IMG/VR virus record: IMGVR_UViG_3300036987_000471
Span: 1 to 42,122 of that record
From: a virus
Lineage: Duplodnaviria > Caudoviricetes
Direction: 5' to 3' (one strand)
DNA: 42,122 bases
Part shown: positions 1-8,233 of the stretch, in pieces
Numbering within the stretch: the stretch's first letter is position 1
Layout of the letters: each line of letters begins with the position of its first letter
The notes under the pieces: model-generated
The model's database searches: none
What the model saw: only the letters and a program-made list of their open reading frames with translations
Told to the model about the DNA's origin: nothing
Program-made: the position numbers and the translations under genes

Positions 1-1
1 C

Positions 2-313
2 CATGCCGTCACGCTGCGCTGGCTGCCACGCGAGGGCATGGCGCGCGTGAGCGTCCAGCTGTCGCTCACGGCCCAGTTCACGCAGATCGTCCAGCAGGCC
101 CAGTTGCCGGGCACCTACGCGGGCTACTCGGCGAGCAATCTGGCGCCCGAGACCACCCACCACTGGCGCCTCATCTGGTTCGACAGGACCGGCCGCTCCT
201 TTGTCACGCCTACCAGCCAATTCACCACCGGGCAGCGGTCGGCCATCATCGGCACCGGGCCCGGCGGCACCGGAGGAGCCCGCCCGTGTCCACCCGGACC
301 AACACCGATCTGA
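2..313 (+). CDS. FN3/Ig-like beta-sandwich protein, 5'-truncated by the window edge
   Basis: Frame is open from base 2 (HAVTLRWLPREG...VQLS...F...NLAPETTHHWRLIW...SQFTT), a pattern typical of FN3-like repeats. It resembles the downstream gene. Confidence 0.55.
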   Translation, partial: HAVTLRWLPREGMARVSVQLSLTAQFTQIVQQAQLPGTYAGYSASNLAPETTHHWRLIWFDRTGRSFVTPTSQFTTGQRSAIIGTGPGGTGGARPCPPGPTPI

Positions 314-450
314 ACCACGTCGCCGGCTGCACCAGCCAAACCCGCAAGGATCGCGCGACACCATCCATCACATCACAACCTGGCGCCGGGCCCTCCCCCA
401 GGCGGGTCCGGCAACCCGAACAACCCACCACGAAGCAAGGAGCACGTGAC

Positions 451-819
451 ATGATCAAAACCGCCGTCGCACACATCCTGGTCCTGGCGCTGGGCGCCGT
501 CGCCCAGGAAGCCCCCGAGCTCATCAGCCCGACCTACGGCCAGCACTTTGTCCAGGCCACGGGCACCCACTTCGCCTGGCTGCCCAAGGCCGGCTACAAC
601 TCCTGGGTCCTGCAGGTGGCCGACAACCAGGGCCTGGCCCATCCCCTGGTCACTGTCCCGCTCACGACGACGAGCTACCGGATCCCCGGATCGCTGCCGG
701 CCGGCACGCACCTCTTCTGGCGCGTGTCCTACATCAACGTGGACGGGCAGGAATTCCATTCCGGCCTGGGCCACTTCTGGACCGCGCCCGTCCGGTGGCG
801 CGCCCAGTTCTTGAACTGA
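451..819 (+). CDS. Secreted FN3-like domain protein (122 aa)
   Basis: AAGGAG RBS before ATG 451. Signal-peptide-like N-terminus (MIKTAVAHILVLALGAVAQ), then PELISP...FAW...VLQVAD...LPAGTHLFWRV. Confidence 0.65.
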   Translation: MIKTAVAHILVLALGAVAQEAPELISPTYGQHFVQATGTHFAWLPKAGYNSWVLQVADNQGLAHPLVTVPLTTTSYRIPGSLPAGTHLFWRVSYINVDGQEFHSGLGHFWTAPVRWRAQFLN

Positions 820-893
820 TGCCGAGCTCGTCAGCGTGGCCGATCACATCACCCAGCCGGCAACGGCCCAGCCCGCCCCCTTGGAGGCCCCCA

Positions 894-1688
894 ATGCCTG
901 TGAACACCAACCAGCCTGTCGGCGGGCCGCATGGCCCGCTGGACGCCCCGCGCCAGTCGGACACCCCGCGCCCGCTGGAGTCCCTGGACGCCATCCCGGA
1001 CGAAACGTGGGAACTGGTCCGCGACATGCTGGCGCCCTACCGCGATGGCTTCCAGAAGGGATGGGAGCTGGAGGCCCGAAGGGGCAACCCAGGCCACTAC
1101 CAGGTCCTGCCGGCCAGCAGGCCGGACAGCCACGCCGCGGCCCACCGCCTGGGCTTCCAGGACGGCATCGGCTGGCGCATGGAGGTGGAGGCCATCGCCC
1201 GCAAACAGCTGGAAGCCGTCATCAAGCGGCTGGACCAAGAAGGCGTCAAGTCGCCCCTGTGCGCCTTCGACGATCCCGAGTACCTGCCCAGCCGGATCGA
1301 AATCCTCCTCAAGGAGCGGGATCCGAAAGCCTGTCCCGCCATCGAGTACGTGCCGCCACCGCCTCCAGGTATCAAAGACGTCGTCTTCAGAGATGATACG
1401 CCCGAGGAGCTCGCCAAGGATCGAGAATGGAAGGCAAGGGCTGCCTTCCACCACATCCCCGTTGAAGACCTTTGCAGGCTCGGCGAGGCCGAACTCATCG
1501 GTCTGATTGAGCGACTGCAATTGAAGGCCGCCCGCCGCCGCTACACCAAAGACGACCTGGCCCGCGTCCTCGGCGTGAGCGTCAACAAGGTCAAGCGTTG
1601 GCTGTGGCCCTGCCCAAACAAACAATCCCTCCCCTACACCACGGAAGACGTCGCCCGCATCTCCGCCTGGCTGCAGCGGATCAGCTGA
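894..1688 (+). CDS. Hypothetical protein with C-terminal helix-turn-helix
   Basis: GGAGG RBS at 883-887 before ATG 894. C-terminal YTKDDLARVLGVSVNKVKRWL is an XRE-like HTH pattern. Confidence 0.65.
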   Translation: MPVNTNQPVGGPHGPLDAPRQSDTPRPLESLDAIPDETWELVRDMLAPYRDGFQKGWELEARRGNPGHYQVLPASRPDSHAAAHRLGFQDGIGWRMEVEAIARKQLEAVIKRLDQEGVKSPLCAFDDPEYLPSRIEILLKERDPKACPAIEYVPPPPPGIKDVVFRDDTPEELAKDREWKARAAFHHIPVEDLCRLGEAELIGLIERLQLKAARRRYTKDDLARVLGVSVNKVKRWLWPCPNKQSLPYTTEDVARISAWLQRIS

Positions 1689-1699
1689 AAGGACCACCC

Positions 1700-2182
1700 A
1701 TGCCCACCACCAAACAACGCGTCGACGCCATGGAAACCCGCATGGCGGAATCAAATGCCCGCCACAAGGCTCTGGAGGTGCGCCTCAAGGCGCTGGACCA
1801 GCGCCTCAACAAGGCCGCGGAAATCGTCCAGGCCACACACAAGCAACAGGAAGCCCTCGGACGCAGAATGGACCAGTTCGCCGGCCGCATGGATCAACTC
1901 GTCCAGGACATCGACCGCCGCCTGGCCGCCATGGAGAAGGCCCTGGCCGTCAAAGGCATGATGTCACATGCCAACGACGTGCTGACGCGCCGCCAGGACG
2001 TGCGGGACCGCCTCCTGTCCCGCGCCGATTACCTGAAGCTGGGCCCGCGCAAGCTCGCCCGCGAACTCGGCCTTTCCTACGGAACCGTCTCAGGCTGGTG
2101 CCGGCATGTGACGTACCCCACCACGACAAGCCACATCGAGCTGATCGAGACGTGGCTTGTGAAATCGATGCCCATGGACTGA
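1700..2182 (+). CDS. Coiled-coil protein with C-terminal XRE-like HTH
   Basis: AAGGA RBS before ATG 1700. Heptad-rich N-terminus; GPRKLARELGLSYGTVSGWCR HTH pattern. Confidence 0.7.
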   Translation: MPTTKQRVDAMETRMAESNARHKALEVRLKALDQRLNKAAEIVQATHKQQEALGRRMDQFAGRMDQLVQDIDRRLAAMEKALAVKGMMSHANDVLTRRQDVRDRLLSRADYLKLGPRKLARELGLSYGTVSGWCRHVTYPTTTSHIELIETWLVKSMPMD

Positions 2183-2236
2183 TGGAAAATCTTGAACAAA
2201 GCTCGATGCGTGTTGACTGGAGTGGCCGAAGAAAAT

Positions 2237-2323
2237 TCCGGCCAAATCCGGCCAATCGGTCAACTGACGGGGTTATGCAGAATGTGGTCAATGGCCGGAA
2301 ATGGCCGGAGAACAATCCGGCCA
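2237..2323. repeat. Five copies of TCCGGCCA (two direct, two inverted, one direct), iteron- or operator-like
   Basis: Copies at 2237, 2247 (+), 2292, 2302 (-) and 2316 (+). Paired copies are 10 bp apart. Confidence 0.7.
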
Positions 2324-2360
2324 GTCAGAAGGTGGAAATCGCCCGTAGCTTTGGCTACTC

Positions 2361-2581
2361 GCCCAATGGCTGCCAAAACCTGTTTTTCCAGGGGTATATC
2401 CCTACCCCTGGCACTCAAACTCTCTGCCCGCGGGACTCTGCCCGCGCTGACGTTTATCTTTTGTTTTTTAAGAATAATATCGTCACTGCGGGCAGGGTCC
2501 ATCGGGCAGTCGCTTTTTCGCTCTTCGCTCAAGCCCCTGGGGATACCCTCCTGGCGAAACAACTTTTGGCAGCCATTGGGC
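2361..2581. repeat. ~220 bp nested imperfect inverted repeat with AT-rich centre
   Basis: Outer arms GCCCAATGGCTGCCAAAA (2361-2378) and TTTTGGCAGCCATTGGGC (2564-2581) are perfectly complementary. Inner arms 2424-2452 and 2481-2509 pair with few mismatches. Confidence 0.85.
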
Positions 2582-2756
2582 CACAACTTGCAATAGGTGA
2601 GAGTTCAGAAGGCCGAAGGCCGTCCCCGCTTTTCCCCAACCGCTGGTCTTCATTCCGCCGCCCGCCACGACGTGCGCCCCGCCCGGCCGCCACGCGGCCA
2701 CTGGCGCCCCACACGCCCCCAGCCGCCAATACCCAGCCCCACGGAAGGATGAACCC

Positions 2757-4130
2757 ATGACGACGCCCCACGCGGCGCCCCTGGCGCCCTGTGACCCTTT
2801 GCTGCCCTTGCTGGACCCCGCCATCCCCGAGGGCTTCCAGGTCCACAACGAGCACTGGTCCTTTTCCCGACTGGACACCTACGCCCGATGCCCCCTCGCC
2901 TACAAGGCCCGCTACCTGGATCCGCAGATCCACGGCGCCGACTACGTAAAACCCATCCCCGACCCGAGCTCCCCCGCCGAGCTCGGCACCCTCTGCCACC
3001 GAGCCCTCGAACTCGTCGGCGCCAGCCTCAGGCAGTCCCGCCACAAGGGACGCCTCTTCAAGCAGCAGAAGCTCCTCCTCGACTGCCTGCGCCAGGCTTT
3101 CGTCGAGCAAGCCTCCACCAACGGCCAGGTCCTGGCCGATGCACAGGCCATCCTCGTCGAGTACCTGCGCACCGGCGACTTCTACAGCGACCAGATCATC
3201 GGCCTGGAATGGCCCTTCGACTTCGTCATCGAGGACCCCTTCGGCGACATCCGCCTCATCGGCTTCATCGACCGCCTGGAGATGACCCCCGAAGGCGTCG
3301 TCCGGATCAAGGACTACAAGACCAATCGCATGCTCTACTCCAAGGACGAGCTCCGGCAGTCTCTGCAGGTCTCCATCTACGAGATCGCCGTCCGCGAATC
3401 GGAGGCCCTGGCCGTCACACCCGAGACCCCCGTGGACTTCGAGTTCGTTCTCTTGCGCCACGGGAAGACCCAGCGCGCCACCCGGTCCGAATCCGACCTG
3501 CAGCTGGCCGTCCACCAGATCACCACTCTCGTCCACCGCTGCGAGGGCAGCCGGCGCTTCGAGCCCCAGCTGAATAAGTACTGTGCCTACTGCGACCACA
3601 AGGTGCGCTGCCCCCTCTGGCGTGAGCTCACCGCCCGCGGCATGCCCCAGACCCATGTCGACCCCTCCGACCTGGCCGCCATCGCCGTCGAGTACGAACG
3701 CATGTCCGACATGGCCAAGGTCTTCTACGCCAGGAAAGAAGAGCTGTCCGACCTCATGAAGATCCACCTCATCGGCAGCGAGCAGATCCAGACACCCACG
3801 CACCTGTTCCGCGCCAGCGCCAACAACGAGACCACCTTCGCCGACGTCCACGAGGTGGCGGCCATCATTGCCCGCTACTACCGCCGCTCTGTGCCGCAGG
3901 TCCTTAGGCGCATCGGCAGGATCAGCAAGACCGAGTTCGACGCCGTGATGGCCGACGCCCAGGACCGCCTCACCACCACGGCCCTGAAGGAGATGCGGGC
4001 CGAGCTGGAGCCTCTGATCGAAACCATGCCCAACCCCAAGCTGCAGCCCTACAAGCGGCCCGTGGAAGCCGAGCGTGAGCCCGTCCGCCGCGTGCCGCGG
4101 GTGAAAGCCAAGAAGCGGCTGAAGGTCTGA
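2757..4130 (+). CDS. PD-(D/E)XK nuclease, RecB/AddB/Cas4-like, probable Fe-S cluster
   Basis: SFSRLDTYARCP, GTLCHRALE, E-x-P-F, GFIDRL, DYKT, Q-x-x-x-Y and CAYCDHKVRCP motifs. Confidence 0.85.
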   Translation: MTTPHAAPLAPCDPLLPLLDPAIPEGFQVHNEHWSFSRLDTYARCPLAYKARYLDPQIHGADYVKPIPDPSSPAELGTLCHRALELVGASLRQSRHKGRLFKQQKLLLDCLRQAFVEQASTNGQVLADAQAILVEYLRTGDFYSDQIIGLEWPFDFVIEDPFGDIRLIGFIDRLEMTPEGVVRIKDYKTNRMLYSKDELRQSLQVSIYEIAVRESEALAVTPETPVDFEFVLLRHGKTQRATRSESDLQLAVHQITTLVHRCEGSRRFEPQLNKYCAYCDHKVRCPLWRELTARGMPQTHVDPSDLAAIAVEYERMSDMAKVFYARKEELSDLMKIHLIGSEQIQTPTHLFRASANNETTFADVHEVAAIIARYYRRSVPQVLRRIGRISKTEFDAVMADAQDRLTTTALKEMRAELEPLIETMPNPKLQPYKRPVEAEREPVRRVPRVKAKKRLKV

Positions 4131-4352
4131 GGATGGGACTGGCGCCGCAGGATGGACATGACAATAGTGGCAGGTTGGTGACATGTGGCAGATGGGGCAA
4201 AGCTCCGAGAGCTCAGATTGGCGAAAAAGTCATGAGGATGGCAAGTCGTTGACTATGAGCGTCGAATGGCGAAAATGGGATACGGAATAGACTAGCATGG
4301 GCGCCCGGCCCCGAAGGGCCTCCAACCACCGATAATCCGAACAGGAGATGAG

Positions 4353-5039
4353 ATGGAGCCAAAGCCAGGGAAGGTGGACACGGGCACGACGGGGAAGGAT
4401 CCCATCGCCGGGCGGCCGCGCTGCGGCGTGGAGCTGCCGGATGGGCGTGTGTGCCGGCAGGTCGTGCGGATGTTGGGCATGCGCTGCCAGCTGCACCAGG
4501 CGAGGCCGGAGGACCTGGTGCCGGGCCCGGAGCTGCCCGCGGGCGTGGCCGTGCCGCAGGTCTTTCGTGATCCGGCCTGGCAGCACGCGCTGGTCGGGTT
4601 CGTGGCGGAGCTCTACCGGGACTACCAGGGCCTCAACACCGGCGCGGATCTGCGCCAGATCCTGGCGGCCGGCGCCACGCACGTCCGCCTGCTCTTCGGG
4701 ACGGAGGGACTGGACCCGAAGGACATCGAGCTGCTGTCCAGGGTGGTGGACAGGCACCTGAGGAATCTGCGGGCGACGCCCAAGGAGCAGGAGGCCAGCA
4801 AGGCGGGGAAGCGCGGGGAGGGCGAGGCGGGCCTGCTGGCCGCCGGCATGGGCGTGGGCGCCTTGCTGGAGCGCGTGCGCGGCGTGCTGACGCCTGGCCA
4901 AATGCGGGCCCTTGCCGGCGGCCGCCGCGCCCAGGGCCTGGGCGCGCCGCCCATCGGCCAGGAGGTGGGCCTGGCGGCGGACGAGGCCGGCCTGGCGGAG
5001 GACGACGAGGACCAGGCGCCGGACCCATTCGGCGATTGA
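4353..5039 (+). CDS. Hypothetical phage protein with Cys3-His motif (HGGxSTG-domain-like); candidate terminase small subunit
   Basis: AGGAG RBS upstream. RCGVELPDGRVCRQVVRMLGMRCQLH motif, helical middle, acidic C-terminal tail. The TerS role is inference. Confidence 0.45.
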   Translation: MEPKPGKVDTGTTGKDPIAGRPRCGVELPDGRVCRQVVRMLGMRCQLHQARPEDLVPGPELPAGVAVPQVFRDPAWQHALVGFVAELYRDYQGLNTGADLRQILAAGATHVRLLFGTEGLDPKDIELLSRVVDRHLRNLRATPKEQEASKAGKRGEGEAGLLAAGMGVGALLERVRGVLTPGQMRALAGGRRAQGLGAPPIGQEVGLAADEAGLAEDDEDQAPDPFGD

Positions 5040-5058
5040 GTGCCGGCGAAAACGCCAG

Positions 5059-5170
5059 AAAAAGGTCCGAGAACATGCCGCGGTCGTGCAGCGGCGTCTT
5101 TGATGGTCAAAGGGATCGCAAGCTGGGCGGGGAGCAAAAGGTCCGGGAATTGCTGTTCTCGGACCTTTTT
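5059..5170. repeat. Perfect 17 bp inverted repeat plus a third internal copy
   Basis: AAAAAGGTCCGAGAACA (5059-5075) and TGTTCTCGGACCTTTTT (5154-5170); AAAAGGTCCGGGAA at 5136-5149. Confidence 0.8.
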
Positions 5171-5424
5171 GCGCTTGGTCGGCGGGGCCGCCGGGGCGCC
5201 CAGGGCTCCTAGGAGCGGCGCGCCGGCGTGGACGGCCACCAGGTCGGCCCAGGCGTCGATCGGCGCCCAGCGGGCGCCTGGGGCCGCAGACGCGAGATTC
5301 TGGCACTTGGTCGCCGGCGGCATGGGTTGGCGCTGGTCTTCTTGCCCCGGGGATGGAGCGCCGCGGGGAAGGGGGGGGGTGGTCTTGCAGAAAGCTGGAC
5401 ACCGCAGGGGGTCGCCGCGGCTGA

Positions 5425-5503
5425 AAGGGGTGTCTCGGCGCGCGGGCGGTTTTTCATAATGCGTGGTTGACTCTGGACACGTGGCGTACTACACTCTTCT
5501 GAG
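5425..5503 (+). repeat. Leader repeat copy 1 (homologous to 8463-8544)
   Basis: Blocks AAGGGGTG..GCGCGCGGGCGGTTTT and TACTACA.T.TTCTGAG are shared with 8463-8544. Confidence 0.7.
5467..5495 (+). promoter_or_regulatory. Sigma70-type promoter reading into the cassette array
   Basis: TTGACT (5467-5472), 17 bp spacer, TACACT (5490-5495). Confidence 0.6.
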
Positions 5504-5628
5504 CACCCGCAGACACAGCGCTGAGCAATGACAAGAGCCATTCAAGTCACTGGGATGATAAGTCCGCCATGGCAAGCGGTCAGTTGAGCTGTTTTATCTG
5601 TTAAGGTGAACGGTTCATTGTGTGAAGA

Positions 5629-5673
5629 GCAAGCGCAGCGCCAGACGCATCGCGGCTGAAGCCAACGTTATAC
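5629..5673 (+). other. Integron attC site, right-half remnant
   Basis: GCAAGCGCAGCGCCAGACGCATCGCGGCTGAAGCCAAC-GTTATAC closely matches the right arm of the intact attC at 7197-7241 and ends in a GTTRRRY-like core. Confidence 0.75.
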
Positions 5674-5714
5674 CGATTCTGGAAAACTCCTCAGCTGCAA
5701 ATGGGAAGTTAAAA

Positions 5715-6326
5715 GTGAATTCTGAAGTTGAAGCGAAAATTCAATCCAGCAAAGTACTGGGTGAAATTGATGGTAGTAGTTATAGGAGTATCCGAATCAC
5801 GAGAATTAAATACAAGGCGAGTCCAGAGACTCACATAGATATTCGGCAGTTCCAGCGAGGCTACGATGATGATGGTGAAGAAGTATATTTCCCTACAAAA
5901 AAGGGGTTTCAGTTTCTCGAGTGGAAGTTCAAAAGATTCGTAGCCAACTACACGATTACGCCAGAATCGTTCATTCATAAGACAATTGCAATCAAATGCT
6001 TCAAGCTCCTGAATTCTGGAGAATATAGCAGCGCAGTTATTGCAGCCTTCAAGCAGATTGAAATCGCAATACGAGAGAAAGTAGACTATGATCCTGAACT
6101 TGTTGGAATAAAACTCATTAGGAAAGCCTTCAATGCGGAAAATGGACCACTAGCAAATAGAGAATTACCTGTGTCGGAGAGAGAATCCTTCTGCAACTAC
6201 TTGGCTGGCGCTTTCGGCTTCTACAAGAACCCATGTTCGCATAGAGATGTCGAATTAGATTTCGAGTCCGCATTTGATCGAATCATTGTAGCTAGTGATC
6301 TTCTAAAAGCTGTCGAGAAGTCATAA
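5715..6326 (+). CDS. Cassette gene: PC4/YdbC-like ssDNA-binding domain fused to TIGR02391 (Ymh, HEPN-like) domain
   Basis: N-terminal half IRITRIKY...HIDIRQF...DGEEVYFPTKKGF is PC4-like. C-terminal half SAVIAAFKQIEIAIRE...GIKLIRKAF...GAFGFYKNPCSH is TIGR02391-like. Start set at in-frame GTG 5715, downstream of the attC core; exact start uncertain. Confidence 0.65.
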   Translation: MNSEVEAKIQSSKVLGEIDGSSYRSIRITRIKYKASPETHIDIRQFQRGYDDDGEEVYFPTKKGFQFLEWKFKRFVANYTITPESFIHKTIAIKCFKLLNSGEYSSAVIAAFKQIEIAIREKVDYDPELVGIKLIRKAFNAENGPLANRELPVSERESFCNYLAGAFGFYKNPCSHRDVELDFESAFDRIIVASDLLKAVEKS

Positions 6327-6330
6327 GTCG

Positions 6331-6407
6331 GTATAGAAATGCTTGCGGCCGCCGCCTGCGCCTGTCACGGCGCTTGCAGTCGGAAGGAATAGGAAACGTC
6401 GGTAGGA
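6331..6407 (+). other. Degenerate attC, left half only
   Basis: TCGGTATAga mirrors the cassette start GTTATACCGA with the AAC mutated. 6342-6407 aligns with 7127-7192. The right arm is missing. Confidence 0.7.
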
Positions 6408-6421
6408 GAAATGAAGAAGAA

Positions 6422-7066
6422 ATGATTTATAAATTATTAGCCATTATTGGCGGCCTCTATTTTTCTTATACGCTTTGCATGTTTGTATTGCGGTCAAGTA
6501 AATTTTTTAGCACTAAAGACTCTAATAGTTTCACGAAGAATGAAATACTGAAATGGAGTCTGATATATTGTGTATTGATTATACTATACTTTTCATTCAT
6601 GGGCATATTCTATGGTCTTGAAAATCTTCCCTTTTGGTTTTTCAAATACACTGAAGTCCTAATATGTACTATAATTCCTTCAATAATAATATTCTCATAT
6701 GCGCATTTACGAGACGACATCAAAAAGAACCCTATTGTTAGATTTTGTTATGTAACAACCATAATAATTGCATTTATCGTCGCAGTGCTAATTATATTTG
6801 GCTACAAGTTTTTTATCATAGTACCAGGAATCGCATTGTTATTCTTGCTGTACGCAATGCTCGGCGAACTGAAATTTTCTAAACTATGGATGGGTCTTGT
6901 TTATTGCTCTTACGGCTCATTATCAGTTTTCGCGATAATAACATTTCATGAAGAATTAGAATCACTTCCAACTGGAAGTATTATGATAATCGGCTTACTA
7001 GTTACGGGGATAGGTAGTATTCTCTATGGTATAGGACTCTTAATTAGCATTTCTAGAAGTGAGTAA
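6422..7066 (+). CDS. Cassette gene: multi-pass membrane protein (~214 aa)
   Basis: AT-rich ORF with about seven hydrophobic segments, followed by the intact attC. Confidence 0.7.
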   Translation: MIYKLLAIIGGLYFSYTLCMFVLRSSKFFSTKDSNSFTKNEILKWSLIYCVLIILYFSFMGIFYGLENLPFWFFKYTEVLICTIIPSIIIFSYAHLRDDIKKNPIVRFCYVTTIIIAFIVAVLIIFGYKFFIIVPGIALLFLLYAMLGELKFSKLWMGLVYCSYGSLSVFAIITFHEELESLPTGSIMIIGLLVTGIGSILYGIGLLISISRSE

Positions 7067-7115
7067 AGCCGGGCTATGTTAAAATTGCTGCATCAGAAAT
7101 TTGTGTTTAAAAGGC

Positions 7116-7241
7116 ACCTAACTACACTTGCGGCCGACGGCTGCGCTTGTCACGGTGCTTGCAGTTGGAAGGGATAGTAAACGTCGGTAGGAAAAGGCAA
7201 GCGTCGCGCCAGGCGCGTCGCGGTTGAAGCCAACGTTAGGC
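7116..7241 (+). other. Intact integron attC site (126 bp)
   Basis: Inverse core ACCTAAC (7116-7122), core GTTAGGC (7235-7241), and internal imperfect palindrome (GCGCTTG/CAGGCGC, GCTTGC/GCAAGC, CGGCCG/CGGTTG). Confidence 0.85.
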
Positions 7242-7259
7242 AATTCACACGGAGTTTCT

Positions 7260-7589
7260 ATGTGGAAGAAAGAAGCTAAGTGGAGTATGGAAGCCTGGAA
7301 ATCTGTCGGTGATTTCGCCAAGCTTTTAATTACACTGAACTCTAGTATTCTAACTGCCATACTAGGAGTTTTGTATTTTGGCACAACAAATAATCGGAAT
7401 GTAGTCTCTTCAGAAGTTTTACTGTTATTGGTCTGCTCATTTGTCTGCGCTTTGATATGTTATGGGCGATCTGTAGATGCAATTAGATCTGAAGTAAATA
7501 GTAAAATTGGCATAATTGCTGCAAACATAAGTGCGATATTATTGGTCTCAACATTGATTATTCTATTTTTCAAATTGGCACAACAATGA
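7260..7589 (+). CDS. Cassette gene: small membrane protein (about 3 TM)
   Basis: GGAG RBS at 7251 and ATG 7260 just after the attC core. Overlaps the next gene by ATGA. Confidence 0.65.
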   Translation: MWKKEAKWSMEAWKSVGDFAKLLITLNSSILTAILGVLYFGTTNNRNVVSSEVLLLLVCSFVCALICYGRSVDAIRSEVNSKIGIIAANISAILLVSTLIILFFKLAQQ

Positions 7590-8233
7590 TATTTGCACTC
7601 TCGGACTTGATTGCTTATACATTCAGCCTTGGTCAATACTCTGCGAAGTCGGTATTTGAACAAAATGGTTTTCTGGCTGAGAAAAAGCTCCTTGATAAAT
7701 TAAAAAATGTTAAGGTCGGGAATCAATTGTTTGTTTATACTAGGTTCTCAATATTAAGCTGGGGAGTTATGTACTATCAAGGAGGTCTTTGGTCTCATGT
7801 AGCAACTTTCGCAGAGAACGGTATTTTGATTGATGCCACTATTGGTGGAGTAATTGAGCACTCAGTAGAAGACTACTTAGACGGCAAGAGTTATATCTTA
7901 ATTATCGATATTAATGCAACAGAATATCAACGTAACAAAATACTAGATGAGATGCGGAAATTTATTGGCTGTGGATTTAACTATTATGGAGTATTTAGAC
8001 TCTGGTTAAGAACTATATTTGGAGTTAATGACAATTGGAAGCTCAAGTTTACACTAGATATCATTTTGTTGTTCATCCTTGCAGCGATGATACTCCCACG
8101 TTTTGAGACAATTTTCAGTCTAATTGGAATCGCTTATATATTACTTGTTGGTGTTGCACTTATAGTTAAAAATATAATAAAAGACGCGAAAAATAAGCTT
8201 AAAAGCGAAGAAGAGGATAAGCTAGATGCCTAA
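7586..8233 (+). CDS. Cassette gene: permuted papain-like (YiiX/YebB, NlpC/P60) N-terminal region with C-terminal TM helices
   Basis: VGNQLF...GGLWSHVA...ILIDAT..GV...FIGCGFNY pattern. No downstream CSE-type cysteine motif is visible. The stop codon lies in GCCTAAC. Confidence 0.55.
   Translation: MIFALSDLIAYTFSLGQYSAKSVFEQNGFLAEKKLLDKLKNVKVGNQLFVYTRFSILSWGVMYYQGGLWSHVATFAENGILIDATIGGVIEHSVEDYLDGKSYILIIDINATEYQRNKILDEMRKFIGCGFNYYGVFRLWLRTIFGVNDNWKLKFTLDIILLFILAAMILPRFETIFSLIGIAYILLVGVALIVKNIIKDAKNKLKSEEEDKLDA

Noticed and set aside
2098-2760. ORFs across the palindromic intergenic region
   Set aside because: The plus- and minus-strand translations resemble each other only because of the inverted repeat; no RBS or protein-like features.
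5575-5608. Additional attC end at GCGGTCAGTTGAGCTG...GTTAAGG
   Set aside because: The core does not fit GTTRRRY well and I could not find a matching inverse core or left arm.
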